Notes: generated by a model from the sequence alone, not told the origin. Shown: positions 12,673 through 26,375, counted from the stretch's first letter. The stretch is 64,000 nucleotides of DNA from Okamejei kenojei (GCA_035221665.1 CM069134.1:43710001-43774000); one strand, 5' to 3'. Program-made: numbers and translations.

Positions 12673-13049
12673 AAGCAGCTGTCCAATTCACAATGTTTGT
12701 CTAATTAATGAGTATCATTTTAAAAAAGTATCATAGGCAAGGTGATATTAAGACAAAATATGTTTAGAGGTAAACGTGGGCAAAGGGAACCAGCGAAGAT
12801 GGCCAACGTTGTCCGCATGCATGAATTACACCAAAGACTCTTTGAGTGCTGAAGACTCCATAATAATTTAAGGAAACAGACTTAAAATATTAGTTAAGGC
12901 TTAAAACGGAAAACATTAACATGACTAATAAAGACAAATGTAATGAAGGCAATAAAATGCTTCTGGATGTTTTATAACATTATGATAAATATTTACATCC
13001 AACGTTTTTTAATCTGTCGAAAGAATGATATATAATCAAAGATATAATT

Positions 13050-13790
13050 GCACACAACACAAATTGCGCCCATTGGTCCACCATGACCACTATGATCATT
13101 TAAGCCCAATAACACTAACCCCTTTACCCGCACTAGGACAACATACCCCTTTGTCTTGCCTACTTGTCTTCCTGTCAAAATGCCTCCTAAACGTAGCAAA
13201 TATATCCAATTCCACGACCTCCTCTAGTAGCCGGTTACACTGTACATAAACATTTACCCCTCAGATCCTCTTTAAAAATCCTTTCTCTCACATTAAATAT
13301 ATGCCATCATCCTCTTGATGTCCTGTAACGCAAACAAGGTCCTGTCTATTTACCCAATCTGTATCTCTTGTAATTTTTATATTTCTATCAGTTAACCTTC
13401 AGCCTTCTTCACTCTAAAGAAAACAATGCCAGTCTATACAATCTCTCTCCATAAGTGTATAATCCTCCAAAGAATGATCCTAGGGATGAGCGTTTGACTG
13501 CACTGGGCCTGTACTCACTGGAGTTTGGAAGAATGAGGGGTCTCATTGAAACGTACTGAATAGTGAAAGGCTTGGATAGAGTGGATGGATAGAGGATGTT
13601 TCCACTAGTGGAAGAGTATGGGGCTAGAGGTCATAGTCTCAGTATTAAAAGATGTTCCTTTAGGAAGAAGATGAGAAGGAATTTCTTTAGTCAAGAGGGT
13701 GATGAATTTGTGGAATGGGGTTATGAGGGAGAGATAGAACAGCCAAGATTGAATTGTGGAGTAGAAGGACAGAATGACATTTAACCTCAT
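13050..13790. mobile_element. Two CR1 3' fragments (about 13050-13470 minus, about 13470-13790 plus)
   Basis: Plus ORF MFPLVEEYGARGHSLSIKRCSFRKKMRRNFFSQ. The upstream segment is a degenerate reverse-strand CR1 tail. Confidence 0.7.
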
Positions 13791-13834
13791 CTCGCTTCCA
13801 AAGTCAAGTCTATTTATGTTTTGAGCAGCCTGTT

Positions 13835-13835
<1 letters not shown>

Positions 13836-13872
<37 letters not shown>

Positions 13873-14200
13873 TGAGCCGGAGAGAAATAAGACAGAGAGA
13901 GACAGAAGGACAGAGACAAAAAGAAGACAGAGAGACAGGAAGAACATAGACAGAGAGAGAGTGAGAAAGAACAGTGGGAATGAGTGAGAAAGTACATCGA
14001 CAGAGAGACAGAACGAAAGACAGAATAGAGAGAGAGGGAGAGAGAGTCAGAAAGAGAGAGTCAGAGAGAGATGGACACATACAGAAAGAGAGGGAGAGTC
14101 AGAAAGAGACAAAGAGAGAGCGAGTCAGAAAGAGACCAAGACTACGAATGACAGAGAGAGACAGACCGAGAGAGACAGAAAAAAAAATGAGAGAGACATT
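13836..14200. repeat. (GA)n microsatellite and GA-rich low-complexity tract
   Basis: Perfect (ga)n followed by degenerate gagaca/gagaga repeats. Confidence 0.95.
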
Positions 14201-14879
14201 GGCTGAAAGCCCAGTGCAAAAGATGTTCTTCATGGCTCATGGAGAAAGTACAAAATAACATATTATTCAAAATCAATTAAATATAAAGCAACAAAATCAT
14301 ATTTAAGGCAAAGGCAGGCTGACCTGAAAGAATGATGCAGGAAAAGAACAGGTGACAGTTCTAAAGACCTGACACAATGACTGAAAAATTTTCAGGATGG
14401 TCTTTAGCCAAATTCCTACATGAAAAAAAAAAATCCCACTGGAAGCAATCGTGCGGGACTATACTCAAACAAAGCAACCAACTTGTGGGCCACCATCAAA
14501 TGAGTAGCACAAACTTCATGGTTTTGTGTAATTAAGATATACTGAAGTACTTTTCATCGAAAAGTGTCATACTTACAAAACAATCAAAACATTTTAAATT
14601 ATATGCAATTAGAACATAAAAAATGGAATCCAATATAATCATAGTCAGAGTTATAGAGTCATACAGCAAGGAAACAGGCCCATCGGCACAACTTGCCCAT
14701 TTACACTAGTCCCACCTGCCCATATCATTCTAAACCTTTCTTAGCCATGTACCTGTCCAAATGTTTTTTAAATGTTGTGATGTGGTGTTAAAACACACCT
14801 CAATATAATCAGTTGTGTAAAGAAAATAAGTAGTCTAAACTCAGCTCAGCTATCGTACCCTGGAACACAATTAGGCATT

Positions 14880-16160
14880 TTGATAAAAGCATTGGTATTA
14901 GTATTGATTTAATATTACCATATGTACAGTGGAAAACTTTGTTTTGCATGCCATTCAGGGCAAATCATACCTACATAAGTAGATCCGGGTAGTGCAAAAG
15001 AGAAAAAGGAACGGAGTGCAGAACAGTGTGACATTTACAGAGAAAGTGCCGATTAAAAATAAAGTGCAGCAGTACTAAGGAGGTCGATTGGGGGATCTGC
15101 AATAAATCCTTAGCATATAATAGGTGTGCTCAAAGTTTGATAACATCTGGGAAGAAGCTGTTCCTGAATCCAATTGCTTCATGTTTCTGTATCCTACTAC
15201 AACTACAGGTGTACCTATCCTAATATCTACCTCATTGGAGACCCTCAAACTATCTCTGATCAGGTTTTACTGCCGTTTTCTGGCACTAAACATTCGCATT
15301 ATTCCCTTTATCATGTATCTGTGACTGGCACGATTGTAATCATGCATTGTCTTTCCGCTGACTGGTTAGCATGCAACAAAGGCTTTTCACTGTACCTCGG
15401 TACATGTGGCAATAAACTAAACTATCTTCTGCCCGATGGGAGAGGGGAGATGAGAGAATGAGAAGGGTATGAGTGGTCTGTGATTATGTTGGCTGCAGTG
15501 CGAGTAGAGCTATTTGATGGAATTGATGGGTGCGGGGGTAAGAGGCTGTTTTGTTTCAGAGACTGCGGTGCGATCATAATTCTCTGTAACTCTTGCACTC
15601 TTGGGCAGAGCACTTTGTCATACCAACCTATTGGGATAGGATGCTTTCTCAGGAGCATCTGCAGAAATTGATAAGAGTTGCTGGACACAACAACAGGGTG
15701 GTGGGTGTATGGAACAAGCTGCCGGAGGAGGTAATAGAGGCTGGGACTATCCCAAAGTTTAAGAAACAGTTAGACAGGTACATGGATAGGACTGGTAGGG
15801 TGGGATGTGGACCAAGCGCAGGCAGGTGGGACTAGTGTAGCTGGGACATGTTGGCCGGTGTGGGCAAGTTCGGCTGAAGGGCATGTTTCTACAGTTTATC
15901 ACTCCTTGACTCTATGACATGCTGAATATCCTTAACCTTCTTAAGAAGTAGAGACATTGGCGTACTTTCTTGGCTCTAACGCAATGTAAATGGATACGGC
16001 CAAATTGTTAGTGATATTTCCACCCAGGAACTTGAGGCTCTCAACCTATTGATACAGACCTGGGCCTGTACTCTACCCCACTTCTTGAAGTCAATGACCA
16101 ACTCATTAATTCTGCTGACATTGAGGGGGGTGTTATGGCTTTAATACCATGCTACTAAGC
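14880..16160. mobile_element. Nested LINE debris: degenerate Rex1-type LINE (minus) interrupted by a Rex1-type tail (about 15225-15422, plus) and a CR1 tail (about 15694-15917, plus)
   Basis: gaagaagctgttcctgaatc...cttctgcccgatgggagagg flanks an insert ending in caataaactaaact. ORF 15593-15835 gives RVVGVWNKLPEEVIEAGTIPKFKKQLDRYM (CR1). Confidence 0.65.
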
Positions 16161-16904
16161 CTGACACTCTGTTTAGTAGTTCAAATTCCAATCAAAAATA
16201 TGGAAAAAGCAGTGAACAGCAACATTTCTAGATATTTCTGTCGAAAGAAATGCAGATATTGCGAGAGCTGGAGAGCAGCAGAAATAAATCAGAAATTATC
16301 TTAAAACTGTGCAGTCATTTGCTAGATTACTCTGGTTTGTGAGACCAATGGAGATATTTTATATAAATGCCATTAGACTGACACACTTGGCACAATTTAA
16401 AAGAGTTTTTCATTATTTTTGTGCCAACATTTATTGTCCAAAAGAAAGAAAACAATGGCTTATTTTAAGCTTATTGGACTGGGACATTTTGAGAAAAAAA
16501 GGGGGCATATCAATTGTAATATTTCTGCACCCACCAACCCACTGTAAAATGTAACTCACGCATCAATAACCACTTTCAGTATCAAACTTCATGGATGGCA
16601 ATTAATCAGGTGTAAGTAAACATACCCATATCTTCTAATCCATTCAATCTAATCCAAAACAGTGTTCAATGTTTGAACAAAAAACGCTGTGATTTTATCC
16701 ACGTTGCCTTTGTGATAATGTTGAGTGGGAGGGAGTAGCTTCACAAACTATTGCAAAACAATTAGATTTACTCAAAGTGTTGATTCTCAAAAGCGTTATA
16801 CACATTCAAGGTATCCTTGTGATATTTTTTGACTGCTTAAGTACAAAAATATTCATGTTGAATTTCTATGAGTCATGGATGAACCGCAGTCCTCCATTCC
16901 CAAT

Positions 16905-18135
16905 TTCAATAGACAATAGGTGCAGGAGTAGGTCATTCGGCCCTTCGAGCCAGCACCGCCATTTAATGTGATCATGGCTGATCATCCCCAATCAGTACCC
17001 TGTTCCTGCCTTCTCCCCATATCCCCTGAGTCCGCTATTTTTAAGAGCCCTATCCAGCTCTCTCTTGAAAGCATCCAGAGAACCTGCCTCCACCGCCCTC
17101 TGAGGCAGAGAATTCCATAAACTCACCACTCTCTGTGAGAAAAAGTGTTTCCTCGTCTACATTCTAAATGGCTTACTCCTTATTCTTAAACAGTGGCACC
17201 TGGTTCTGGACTCCCCCAACATCAGGGAACATGTTTCCTGCCTCTAGCGTGTCCAAGCCGTTAACAATCTTGTATGTTTCAATGAGATTCCCTCTCATCC
17301 TTCTAAACTCCAGAGTGTACAAGCCCAGCTGCTCTATTCTCTCAGCATATAACAGTCCCGCCATCCCGGGAATTATCCTTGTAAACCTACGCTGCACTCC
17401 CTTAATAGCAAGAATGTCCTTCCTCAAATTAGGGGACCAAAACTGCACACAATACTCCAGGTGTGGTCTCACTAGGGCCCTATACAACTGCAGAAGGACC
17501 TCTTTGCTTCTATATTCGATTCCTCTTGTTATAAAGGCCAACATGCTATTCGCTTTCTTCACTGCCTGCTGTACCTGCATGCTTACTTTCATAGACTGAT
17601 GTCCAAGGACCCCCAGATCCCGTTGTACTTCCTGTTTTCCCAACGATACCATTTAGATAGTAATCTGCCTTCCTGTAGCATAACCTCACAATTATCCGCA
17701 TTAAACTTCATCTGCCATGCATCTGCCCACTCCCCCAACCTGTCCAAGTCACCCTGCAATCTCATAGCATCCTCCTCACAGTTCACACTGCCACCCAGCT
17801 TTGTGTCATCTGCAAATTTGCTAATGTTGCTTTGAATCCCTTCATCCAAATCATTGATGTATATTGTAAATGGCTGCGGTCCCAGCACCAAGCCTTGCAG
17901 TACCCCACTAGTCACTGCCTGCCATTCTGAAAGGGAACCCTTAATCCCTACTCTTTGTTTCCTGTCTGCCAACCACTTCTTTATCCATGTCAGCACTCTG
18001 CCCCTAATACCATGTGCCCTAATTTTGCCCACTAATCTCCTGTGTGGGACCTTATCAAATGCTTTCTGAAAGTCCAGGTACACTACATCCACTGGCACTC
18101 CCTTGTCCATTTTCCTAGTTACATCTTCCAGAAGA
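16905..18135 (-). mobile_element. CR1/HER1 LINE 3' part with RT remnant
   Basis: VDVVYLDFQKAFDKVPH, VTSGVLQG, ISKFADDTKL, LYRALVRPHLEYCVQFWSP. Tail caatagacaataggtgcagg. Confidence 0.95.
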
Positions 18136-18327
18136 TTTCTGAAAAATACCAAAAAAGTTCTGATGATAAAACTGATAAAAATAATATTTGAAATATCAAT
18201 TTGAAATAAAATTACCATGAAATTTGTGCACGAATATCCATAAACAACAAGCATCAGCTGATTTAGTCTTTTGGGCAACTGAGAAGAGTCGGCATGTTCA
18301 CGAGTATTCTTTCATATTTAAGAGTCA

Positions 18328-19394
18328 CTAGACCAAGTGCAGACCCGTTGCGTCTGTTCCCCCAACGTGTGTGGGGGAACCACCCCTACACACACACTAA
18401 CTACCCCCTCGCACACACGCTAACTACCCACCTTGATATTATATTAATATTATTCATTTGCTCCTTTTACCCCATAACCACCGTATCTACTGACGCATAG
18501 CCCCCAACTCACAGGCATGTCTAGGGGGGGGGGGGGGGGGGGTAAGAGAGTGTGGGCAGAGATAGAAGGGGCAGAGACAGAGAGGGGCAGAGACAGAGAG
18601 AGGGGCAAGAGACAGAAGGAGAGGGGGTGGAGGGGAGGAGGAGAGGGAGGGTGGGAAGGTGGGTTTGCAGCGGGAAGGAGGAGCGTGACTTCACTCGCTG
18701 CGCCGGTGGCACGTTTCCCAGAGGGAGTAATGCCGCGTGCGCTACCATCGCGGGAGAGGCGGAGAGGATTCAAAAGCAAGCTGGTGGCCTCCAGTGACCA
18801 GCTGTGACCTGCTGTGTTCTCCGGATGTGCAGAACGCTCATTCTTTCTGCGCGTTTTGAAGAACGGGGGGGGGGGGGGGGTGAGTGGGGGGGGCAGTGGC
18901 GGGGGGAGTGGGGGGGGGGGGGGGTAACGAACCTCGTGGAAAAATGCGCATTGACAGCAGCTGCATTAATCCAGAGCGGGGGGCGGGGCCACGAACGAGC
19001 TGGGCCACGAGCAAAGGCATTGTGAGGTCAGCAGCTGGGCAAGGGTTATATTTTTTAAAATTTTCAGTTTGGTGATAAATTTTAATAAATATCTCGGGAA
19101 ATAATTGACCAAATTTATAGAGTGGATTTTTGAAATCATAAGGACAATTTCTGCCAGAAGATGTAAAAATGTCACTGTTATTGTAACGCCAGCAGCTGGG
19201 CAGCGGTCAGATTTTAAAAAAGGGTCAGATTGGTCAACAGTTTTAATTAAAATGTCAGCAAAATAATGTACCAAATGTACAGAGGATCACAAGGAAAATC
19301 TGTACTGAAATATGTAAAAAATTCCCGGTTTCAGCATCGTTTCAATGGCAAAATGACACACACACACACACACACAGTTTTAAAAGTATATAGA
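18328..19394 (-). mobile_element. Non-autonomous Helitron
   Basis: The minus strand starts A|TCTATATAC followed by (TG)n. It ends with a subterminal hairpin cagacgc-aac-gggtctg, then cacttggtCTAG|T. No TSD. The flanks rejoin to a CR1 tail (agagtca+ttgagtcatacagc). Confidence 0.85.
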
Positions 19395-20310
19395 TTGAGT
19401 CATACAGCAAGGAAGCAGCCCAACATGTCCATGCGAACCATGATACCCCATCCATGCTGGTCACACCTATCAGTGCATTACCCATATCCCTGTAAACCTT
19501 TCCTTTCCATGTACCTGTTCAAATATGTTATGTTGTTGTAGTACCTCAACTACCTCCTCAGGCTGCTCATTCTAACCTATCAAAGCACTTCATCACAATG
19601 GACATGAGAGCCACTGATCAGTAGTCAGAGGCATGTCTCCTTGCTCCTTCAAAGTACCGGAATTACCGATTTCCCCTTAAAGCCATAGTAATAAGAAGTT
19701 GAAGTTGCCTTATTCACAAGGTTGAAGAATCAAGAACTTGAGGAAATTGGTTTAATGTGTGTGTGGAAAGCTTTAATAGGCGGGGCGACTTTTCACAATG
19801 CGTGGTTCATATATGGAACGAGCTGCCAAAATTAAGTGGTTGCGACAGATAACAATATTTAAAAGACATTTGGACAGGTACATGGCTTGGAAAGGTTTAG
19901 AGAAGCATGGGTCTAATGCGGGCAAAAGGATCTAGCCTGGCTGGGCATCTTGGTTGGCGTGGATGAGTGTGACTGTGGGGCCTGTTTCTATGCTGTGTGA
20001 CTATGTCCACAAAAACCCCAGTCAGTTGATCCGTGCAGGTTTTAAGAACAAGCCCAAATACACTCTCATGAAGGATTATCTGGTTCCAGCCTCAGCGTCT
20101 GAGATCACTGAGTCATAGAGTCATAGTTATACAATGTGGAAACAGGCCCTTTGGCCCAACTTGCACATATGTCCCTGCTACACTAGTCCCACTTGCCAGT
20201 GCTGGGTCCATATCCCTCCAAACCTGTCCTATCCATGTACCTGTCTAATGGTTTCTTAAACTTTGGGATAGTCCCAGCCTCAACTACCTCCTCTGGCAGC
20301 TTGTTTCATT
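19395..20310. mobile_element. Cluster of short CR1 3' fragments in both orientations
   Basis: gagtcatacagc... (minus, 19395-19570), tggaacgagctgcc...ttggacaggtacatgg (plus, about 19720-20005), gagtcatagagtcatag...ggaaacaggcc (minus, about 20105-20310). Confidence 0.7.
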
Positions 20311-20901
20311 ATTGATTGAGTCATTAGGGAATGTGGGGACTCATGAAGGTACATCATTGTTCTCCCTTAAGAAGTAAACATAAAAAGCATAGAGCTCATT
20401 TTTATCACTTGCACTACTCAACCAACTTGTAGGAAGTGATGGTGTCCAAGCCCTACCATAGTTGCCGATCGTCTGTCTGAGTTTCCAGTTTGGAAAATAT
20501 CTCTTCACATTTTTGATAGCCTTCCAGATGTCATACTTGAACTTCTTGTGTGCTGATCTGGTCTGCAGTAGATCATGGACTTACTGGTTCATCCAAGATA
20601 TCTGGTTAGGGAACACTCAAGATGGTCTTGGTGGTTGCACACTCCTCCAGACATATTGTATCCTCATGAAGTCAATAACAACTGCAGTACATTGGTTTCC
20701 CCAGAGTGCTCAGGTTTCCTCCCACATTCTAAAAATGTGTGGGTTGGTAGTTTAACAAAGCACAGTAAATTGCTCCTGGAGTCTGGATTAGTTTTCAGAA
20801 AATATCAGCTGGGGAATGGGTTTGATCCATGTCCTGGCACAGCCTCAATTATCTAAATAACCTTCTATATCATATAGAAGTGTGGAAACTCAACACATTG
20901 T

Positions 20902-21917
20902 AGCCATGTTACAAAACTTACCTTCAGCGGCGCTGCAGTTCTGCCACTAGCCTTGTGCGTGACTTTGGCGCCTTTTGGGGGGGGGGGTGTGTTTCTAGAT
21001 TAATTTATGGGTATTAAACATTGAATTCCTTCCATCTGGCATATAAATTCATGATAGTGAGATTTAAAAATCATGTTATATTGTGACTTCTTGTGTGAAT
21101 GGGATTAGTTTGTTATTTTGATACTTAGGCTATTAAAAAAAAATCCTTTTCTTAAGAAATTGAATCTACAGGACATTCTTAATGGGAAAGTAGTGGGCAG
21201 AAAGGCATGTCGTGCGTGGTTTGAAGAGCAAAAACGTGTAGTTTACAATGCCAAAATTGAAAAGTTGAGGAAAAACAAGGTGTACAGAGTTGCTTATTGG
21301 TTACAATCTGAGGAGTATGATGATGCTACTGATTATGATATGCCAATGTACCAGCCAGCAACTGATCTTCTCCATAAAGACTTGGTCTATTGCTAGAAGT
21401 TGTAATTTATTTACCTATCTGTTACGGACTTACAGCATATAATATAATACTATTAAAGTTCTGATCTTGAGAATATCACATTTTTGAATTTTCAAGGCAA
21501 TCTGGATGTTTATTACTATTTCCGTCACAACGGTCAATTTTGTAATTAACTACAATTAGGTAATTAACTAATTATATGCTTTAATTTCAGGTCATCCAAG
21601 TAAGATGTTCTATATTTGTTTCAGAATGCTTCAATCTATAATAACTGAAAATGTCATTCAGTTCTCTTAATTTTTAAGAAAGGTATGGGCTTTTGACTGT
21701 CCTCAATCACAGCTTTTGTGTTAAGTCAATGGAAAAGCATTAGGGAAAAAGATGCTAATTTCCGAGTATCAAAATGGCCATAACTTTTTTAATACTGAAG
21801 ATATGAAAGTGAATTAGGTGTCAAATTAAACTTATTTTTATGCTTTATCCGATGGGATAAATTGCAGATTTTTAAGCAGACTTGATTTTTAAAATCTCAA
21901 AATGTTGTAACATTGCT
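20902..21917 (+). mobile_element. Internally deleted DNA transposon with 9-bp TSD and short imperfect TIRs
   Basis: acacattgt duplicated at 20893-20901 and 21918-21926. Ends agccatgttacaa / ttgtaacattgct. Carries ORF remnant 21118-21396. Confidence 0.8.
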
Positions 21918-23205
21918 ACACATTGTTCCCCATGCTCCTTTTAAACTTGCCAGGGCTGTTTCCATTCCTCTCAAGATCAGTGGGTTTAGAGAAAATCGAT
22001 GACATTACTATGTTATGAAAAGGAAAATAAGTGTGTTGTGGTAACACGAGTAATAGACAATCTCCCAGAAAATCTGTGAGTGTATCACTAAGATCCTCTA
22101 GTTCTTGATTCTTTAACCCTGTTGATTATTGGAGTTTTACTATATGCCCCGACTCAAGATGAACAATGTGTCTGAAGCAGTATATTGCAAACTTCCTGGT
22201 TCATCCAAGGTTACTGGTTAGGATGCACTGGGATGTGCTTGATGGGAATATGCTACTCCACACATTTCCTAAAGAAGTCGCTAACAACTGCAGTGTATTC
22301 TTTCAGGTTTCAATTTTACAGACAGGTATCCCCAGGTGAAATTATATTGAAAACTATGTCTAATAGAAGCAGTTCTACTTTTTAACGTCATCTATTCTCT
22401 AAAACACATATTATTATTTTTTTCTGAAAACATGCCATTAACAATATAACGACTGTATTCAAAGAAGGTTTAAAGTTGTGAACATGGCTTGTTTTCATGC
22501 TGCAGATGCTCCCATTTGTTGGGACAAGTTTTTGCAGGGTGGCAATATAAAAGCTCTTCTACAATAGACTCAGCAAACACCAAGCATGAGATAATCCAAT
22601 GGCACTACCAAACACAACAGTGCAACACTATTTTTCCAACACTTCTGTAAAGAACTATTTCAATTAAGCACCACCAATTTTACTTTCAACCCATCCGCTA
22701 TAAAATAGGGTGAAACTGGGTAATGCCTCCAGCGCCTTCGGGTAGGCTGCAGGAGGCACCCCCGGGACACAAAGATGGTCGGGAGAGGAGAGGGAGATCA
22801 GTTCGTGGGAACTGCTCCAGTACATCAAGCGGGCAGGCCGGCCGGCCAGACTTTGAATAATGGAGCCTGAAAATGACGGAGTCTGCATGTGTAATATATG
22901 CAAAATTAATATTACTGTGCAGTTGCATATGTGACAAATAAAGCACTATTGAACTATTCAAAATATGAATGTAAAAAAACGGAAATATTACCCATATAAA
23001 AACACAAGTAATTACCTTGGTAATTGTAAGACTGATGTAACAACCCTAGATTGAACACCCATTTGTCCCTCAAAGCAGTGGCTAATCTCAGCTGAAGCTC
23101 AATGTAGGCCAACCATTTCATCATCTGAAAAACAGACTATTTGATGTGCTAAGATAACTAATTGTTATCAATTTATGTATCATAGTTTGGACTTCCTTGT
23201 GACAA

Positions 23206-23755
23206 TCATAGAAACATAGAACATAGAAAAATAGGTGCAGGAGTAGGCCATTCGGCCCTTCGAGCCTGCACCGCCATTCAATATGATCATGGCTGATCAT
23301 CCAACTCAGTATCCCGTACCTGCCTTCTCTCCATACCCCCTGATCCCTTTAGCCACAAGAGCCACATCCAACTCCCTCTTGAATATAGCCAATGAACTGG
23401 CCTCAACGACCTTCTGTGGCAGAGAATTCCAGAGACTCACCACTCTCTGTGTAAAGAATGTTTTCCTCATCTCAGTCCTAAAGGAATTCCCTCTTATCCT
23501 TAGACTGTGACCCCTTGTTCTGGACTCCCCCAACATCGGGAACAATCTTCCTGCATCTAGCTTGTCCAACCCCTTAAGAATTTTGTAAGTTTCTATAAGA
23601 TCCCCCCTCAATCTTCTAAATTCCAGTGAGTACAAGCCGAGTCTATCCAGTCTTTCTTCATATAAAAGTCCCAACATCCCAGGAATCAGTCTGGTGAACC
23701 TTCTCTGAACCCCCTCTATAGCAAGAATGTCTTTCCTCAGATTTGGAGACCAAAA
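23206..23755 (-). mobile_element. CR1/HER1 LINE 3' fragment
   Basis: catagaaacatagaacatagaaaaataggtgcagg tail. WSPNLRKDILAIEGVQRRFTRLIPG...FKRELDVAL in an open frame. Confidence 0.95.
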
Positions 23756-23759
23756 CCAA

Positions 23760-25190
23760 AACTGCCAACAAGCAGTCATTTCTGTTCCTTGTGCAACTTT
23801 TCCTTCTACTTGGGTGTTCCTTGGATCAAGGGTGATTTGCTCCCACTCCAGTTTTGACGAGGCAGGGGATGTCTGATTGATAGGTAGAGGTTGGTAGTTT
23901 GTGAGGTTCCGCACTCTTTCTGCTGTGTGCTCTCAACACATCCCAAATACTCCTTCTCCACTTTGGGAGGTCAAGCATTCCAGAGTCAAGCAGGACGTTG
24001 AAGTTGTTCAAGAAGGCTTCATGCATATCCTTGAATCTTTTCCTTCTTGGTAATGTGTTCACAACAGAGTTTGGAAAAGCATCAGTTTTGGTCATCTGAT
24101 TTCAGAAATGTGCACAGCCTTTCCTATAGAGCAGGTTCACTGCAACTAAGCCATGATTGTTGGGGATGTCACCGTCTGAATGTAAACAGTGATATTAGCC
24201 AACTTATGCTTACAGTGAATTTGGAAGGTTATGCAGAAACTATGTTGTAATATTTTTCATGTAGCGATAGATGGTTTCTGTCAGAAATTTATGGAAGGAT
24301 GTTGATCGCTGCTACCTGTTGGACTATTGTGCCATTCTTAGATCTTGATCTTCAAATAACCTTTTCCTTTGTCAACCCAACGTTGTGCTGATGCATTGAA
24401 ATCTGGTAATGAATATCATCGTTGATATGCATCTTCACTGTCTGGTACCTCCTGAGATTCGGGAAGTGTTTTGGAACATTTTCCAGACTCCAGTGTGAAT
24501 CTTAATTGTTGGTGGCCCGTGTGTTACTGTGGATAGTTTAGTTTAGTTCAGCGAAACAGGCCCTTCGGCCTAACGATTCCACGCCGACCAGCGATCCTAC
24601 ACACACCAGGGACATTTTACAATTTTACAAGGCCAATTAGCCTACAAACCTGTACGTCTTTGGAGTGTGGGAGAAAACCGGAGCTCCCAGAGAAAACCCA
24701 CGCAGGTCACGAGGAGAATGTACTCCATACCGACAGGATCGAATGTAGGATTGAATCCTGGTCTCTGGCGCTGTAAGGCAGCAATCCTACCTTGCCATGC
24801 GATACAGAAAAAAATGACAGCCTTTGTCATGCAGATGTCGTGTGCAAATTCCATCATCTCATTTATATCTCTGTGAATAAGGTGCAATGGCTTGGAGCCA
24901 AGTCTCTCAGCATACAAGACCAGTGCAGTCTGCACACCTGCACTGCAACTAATGAGGTTGTGGCATTGTAGTCACCACAGGTTGAACATTGTCAAGTTCT
25001 AAATCGTATCTCCACTCCCGCGAGGCTTGGAGTCAAGATGCAATGGTGCAAGAGTAAGCGACAGGGAATGATGCAACCTTGTTTGACACTGATCTTTTGG
25101 ATTATTGTTCGCATGCTGTCATAAAGCAAATTTAAACCAATGACAAATGTCTGAGGAGAGCCAAAATTGAGGAGGGCATTTGGCCATTTC
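23760..25190 (-). mobile_element. Degenerate RTE-clade LINE
   Basis: Minus-strand peptides ISVKQGCII (cf. RTE GVKQGCVL) and PRRKRFKD...WRRSIW (RTE C-terminus). Interrupted by a SINE. Confidence 0.55.
24535..24800 (-). mobile_element. HE1-type SINE
   Basis: agtttagtttag tail. cctacaaacctgtacgtctttggagtgtgggagaaaaccggag...ggtctctggcgctgtaaggcagcaa. Confidence 0.85.
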
Positions 25191-25853
25191 AATTTCTTTT
25201 TTTACCCAGACACAGCAGCAATTTTACCCAGACACAGTTTGATGTGGAGTTAATATTCTCGTCAAGGGCAGAAACGCAGTGGAGGAGGTATTCCCCCCAC
25301 CTCCCCCCCCCCCCCCCGCTCCCCACCACTGGTTGTTCATAATCTCTCTGGCCCTTATCCATTCACCTCCATTTGTACACATTCGGGAATGGGGCCTTGG
25401 AATATTTTGCCAGCCCATGAGTGTCGTGACTGTCAGCACCATCTCTGCCCACCATTTGTTCATTAGATCACAGCTAGACTTCGGCCTTCAAGAAGCTGTG
25501 CACTGTTTCTTCTCCCTCGAGCAACAGTGGTTTCCAGGAATGCCTAACATTTGTTGTTAATTATCTTCTCGATCTTTTGGTTATTCTCAAAACATCAGCC
25601 CTAGTTGTTTTTGGTAGAACATCGAGTTCAAGCAGATGGCTTTGTCCTGGATGGTGTTCAGATTCTTGAGCGATGTTGGAGCTGCATTCATCCAAGCATG
25701 TTGGGCAAATTCCATCATAACCCTGATTTGTTTCTCATGGAAGGACAAGAGCTTAGGGCGGCCAAAATGAAAGCTACCCACGACAGGAAACCCTGCCCCT
25801 GAACTGCTCCAAGGCTGGTGCAGTGAAGCTTCTGGTCAACAATGGCCCAACAG

Positions 25854-26375
25854 TTTGGAAAAATGCATCCACCCCAACGCTTAAAATGTGGATCATATGC
25901 ATGTCTGAGACGCTACATCTTAAAGATATAAGACTCGTCTTAGCAGGAAAATCAGAGCAATTTTTAAAGATGTGGTCTCCTTTCATTGATTCACTACAAG
26001 TATAGTATGGTGCAACACAACTCTGGAATTAAACAGACTCATGAACAGGGTGATGGGAGTGGTGAGAAATGCAGCAGGTAGATCAACACGTAATGGTCCC
26101 TTTTTAATTTTTCTTCATTATTTTTGGTTTTTGTCTTCTTATTCTTCTATAAGCTTTTATTCGTTCACTCCTGGACTGCACTATCTGGTAGCCTAGGGGT
26201 TTACACATCACTATTTATTTCACTTTCTCATTTTTCTCGCTCTTTCTCTCTTCCACTTCTTTCTTGTTAAATTAAAAATAGAAGACATACATTTTCATAC
26301 AAGACGTCATATGTCGCGTTTATCCTACTGTATACTGCTTCTAATAAAACTACAAATATATATATATTTTTTTTA
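25854..26375 (+). mobile_element. L1/Tx1-clade LINE 3' fragment with 16-bp TSD
   Basis: aacaatggcccaacag duplicated at 25838-25853 and 26376-26391. WKNASTPTLKMW...FLKMWSPF is an L1-type ORF2 end. T-rich UTR and aataaa follow. Confidence 0.85.
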
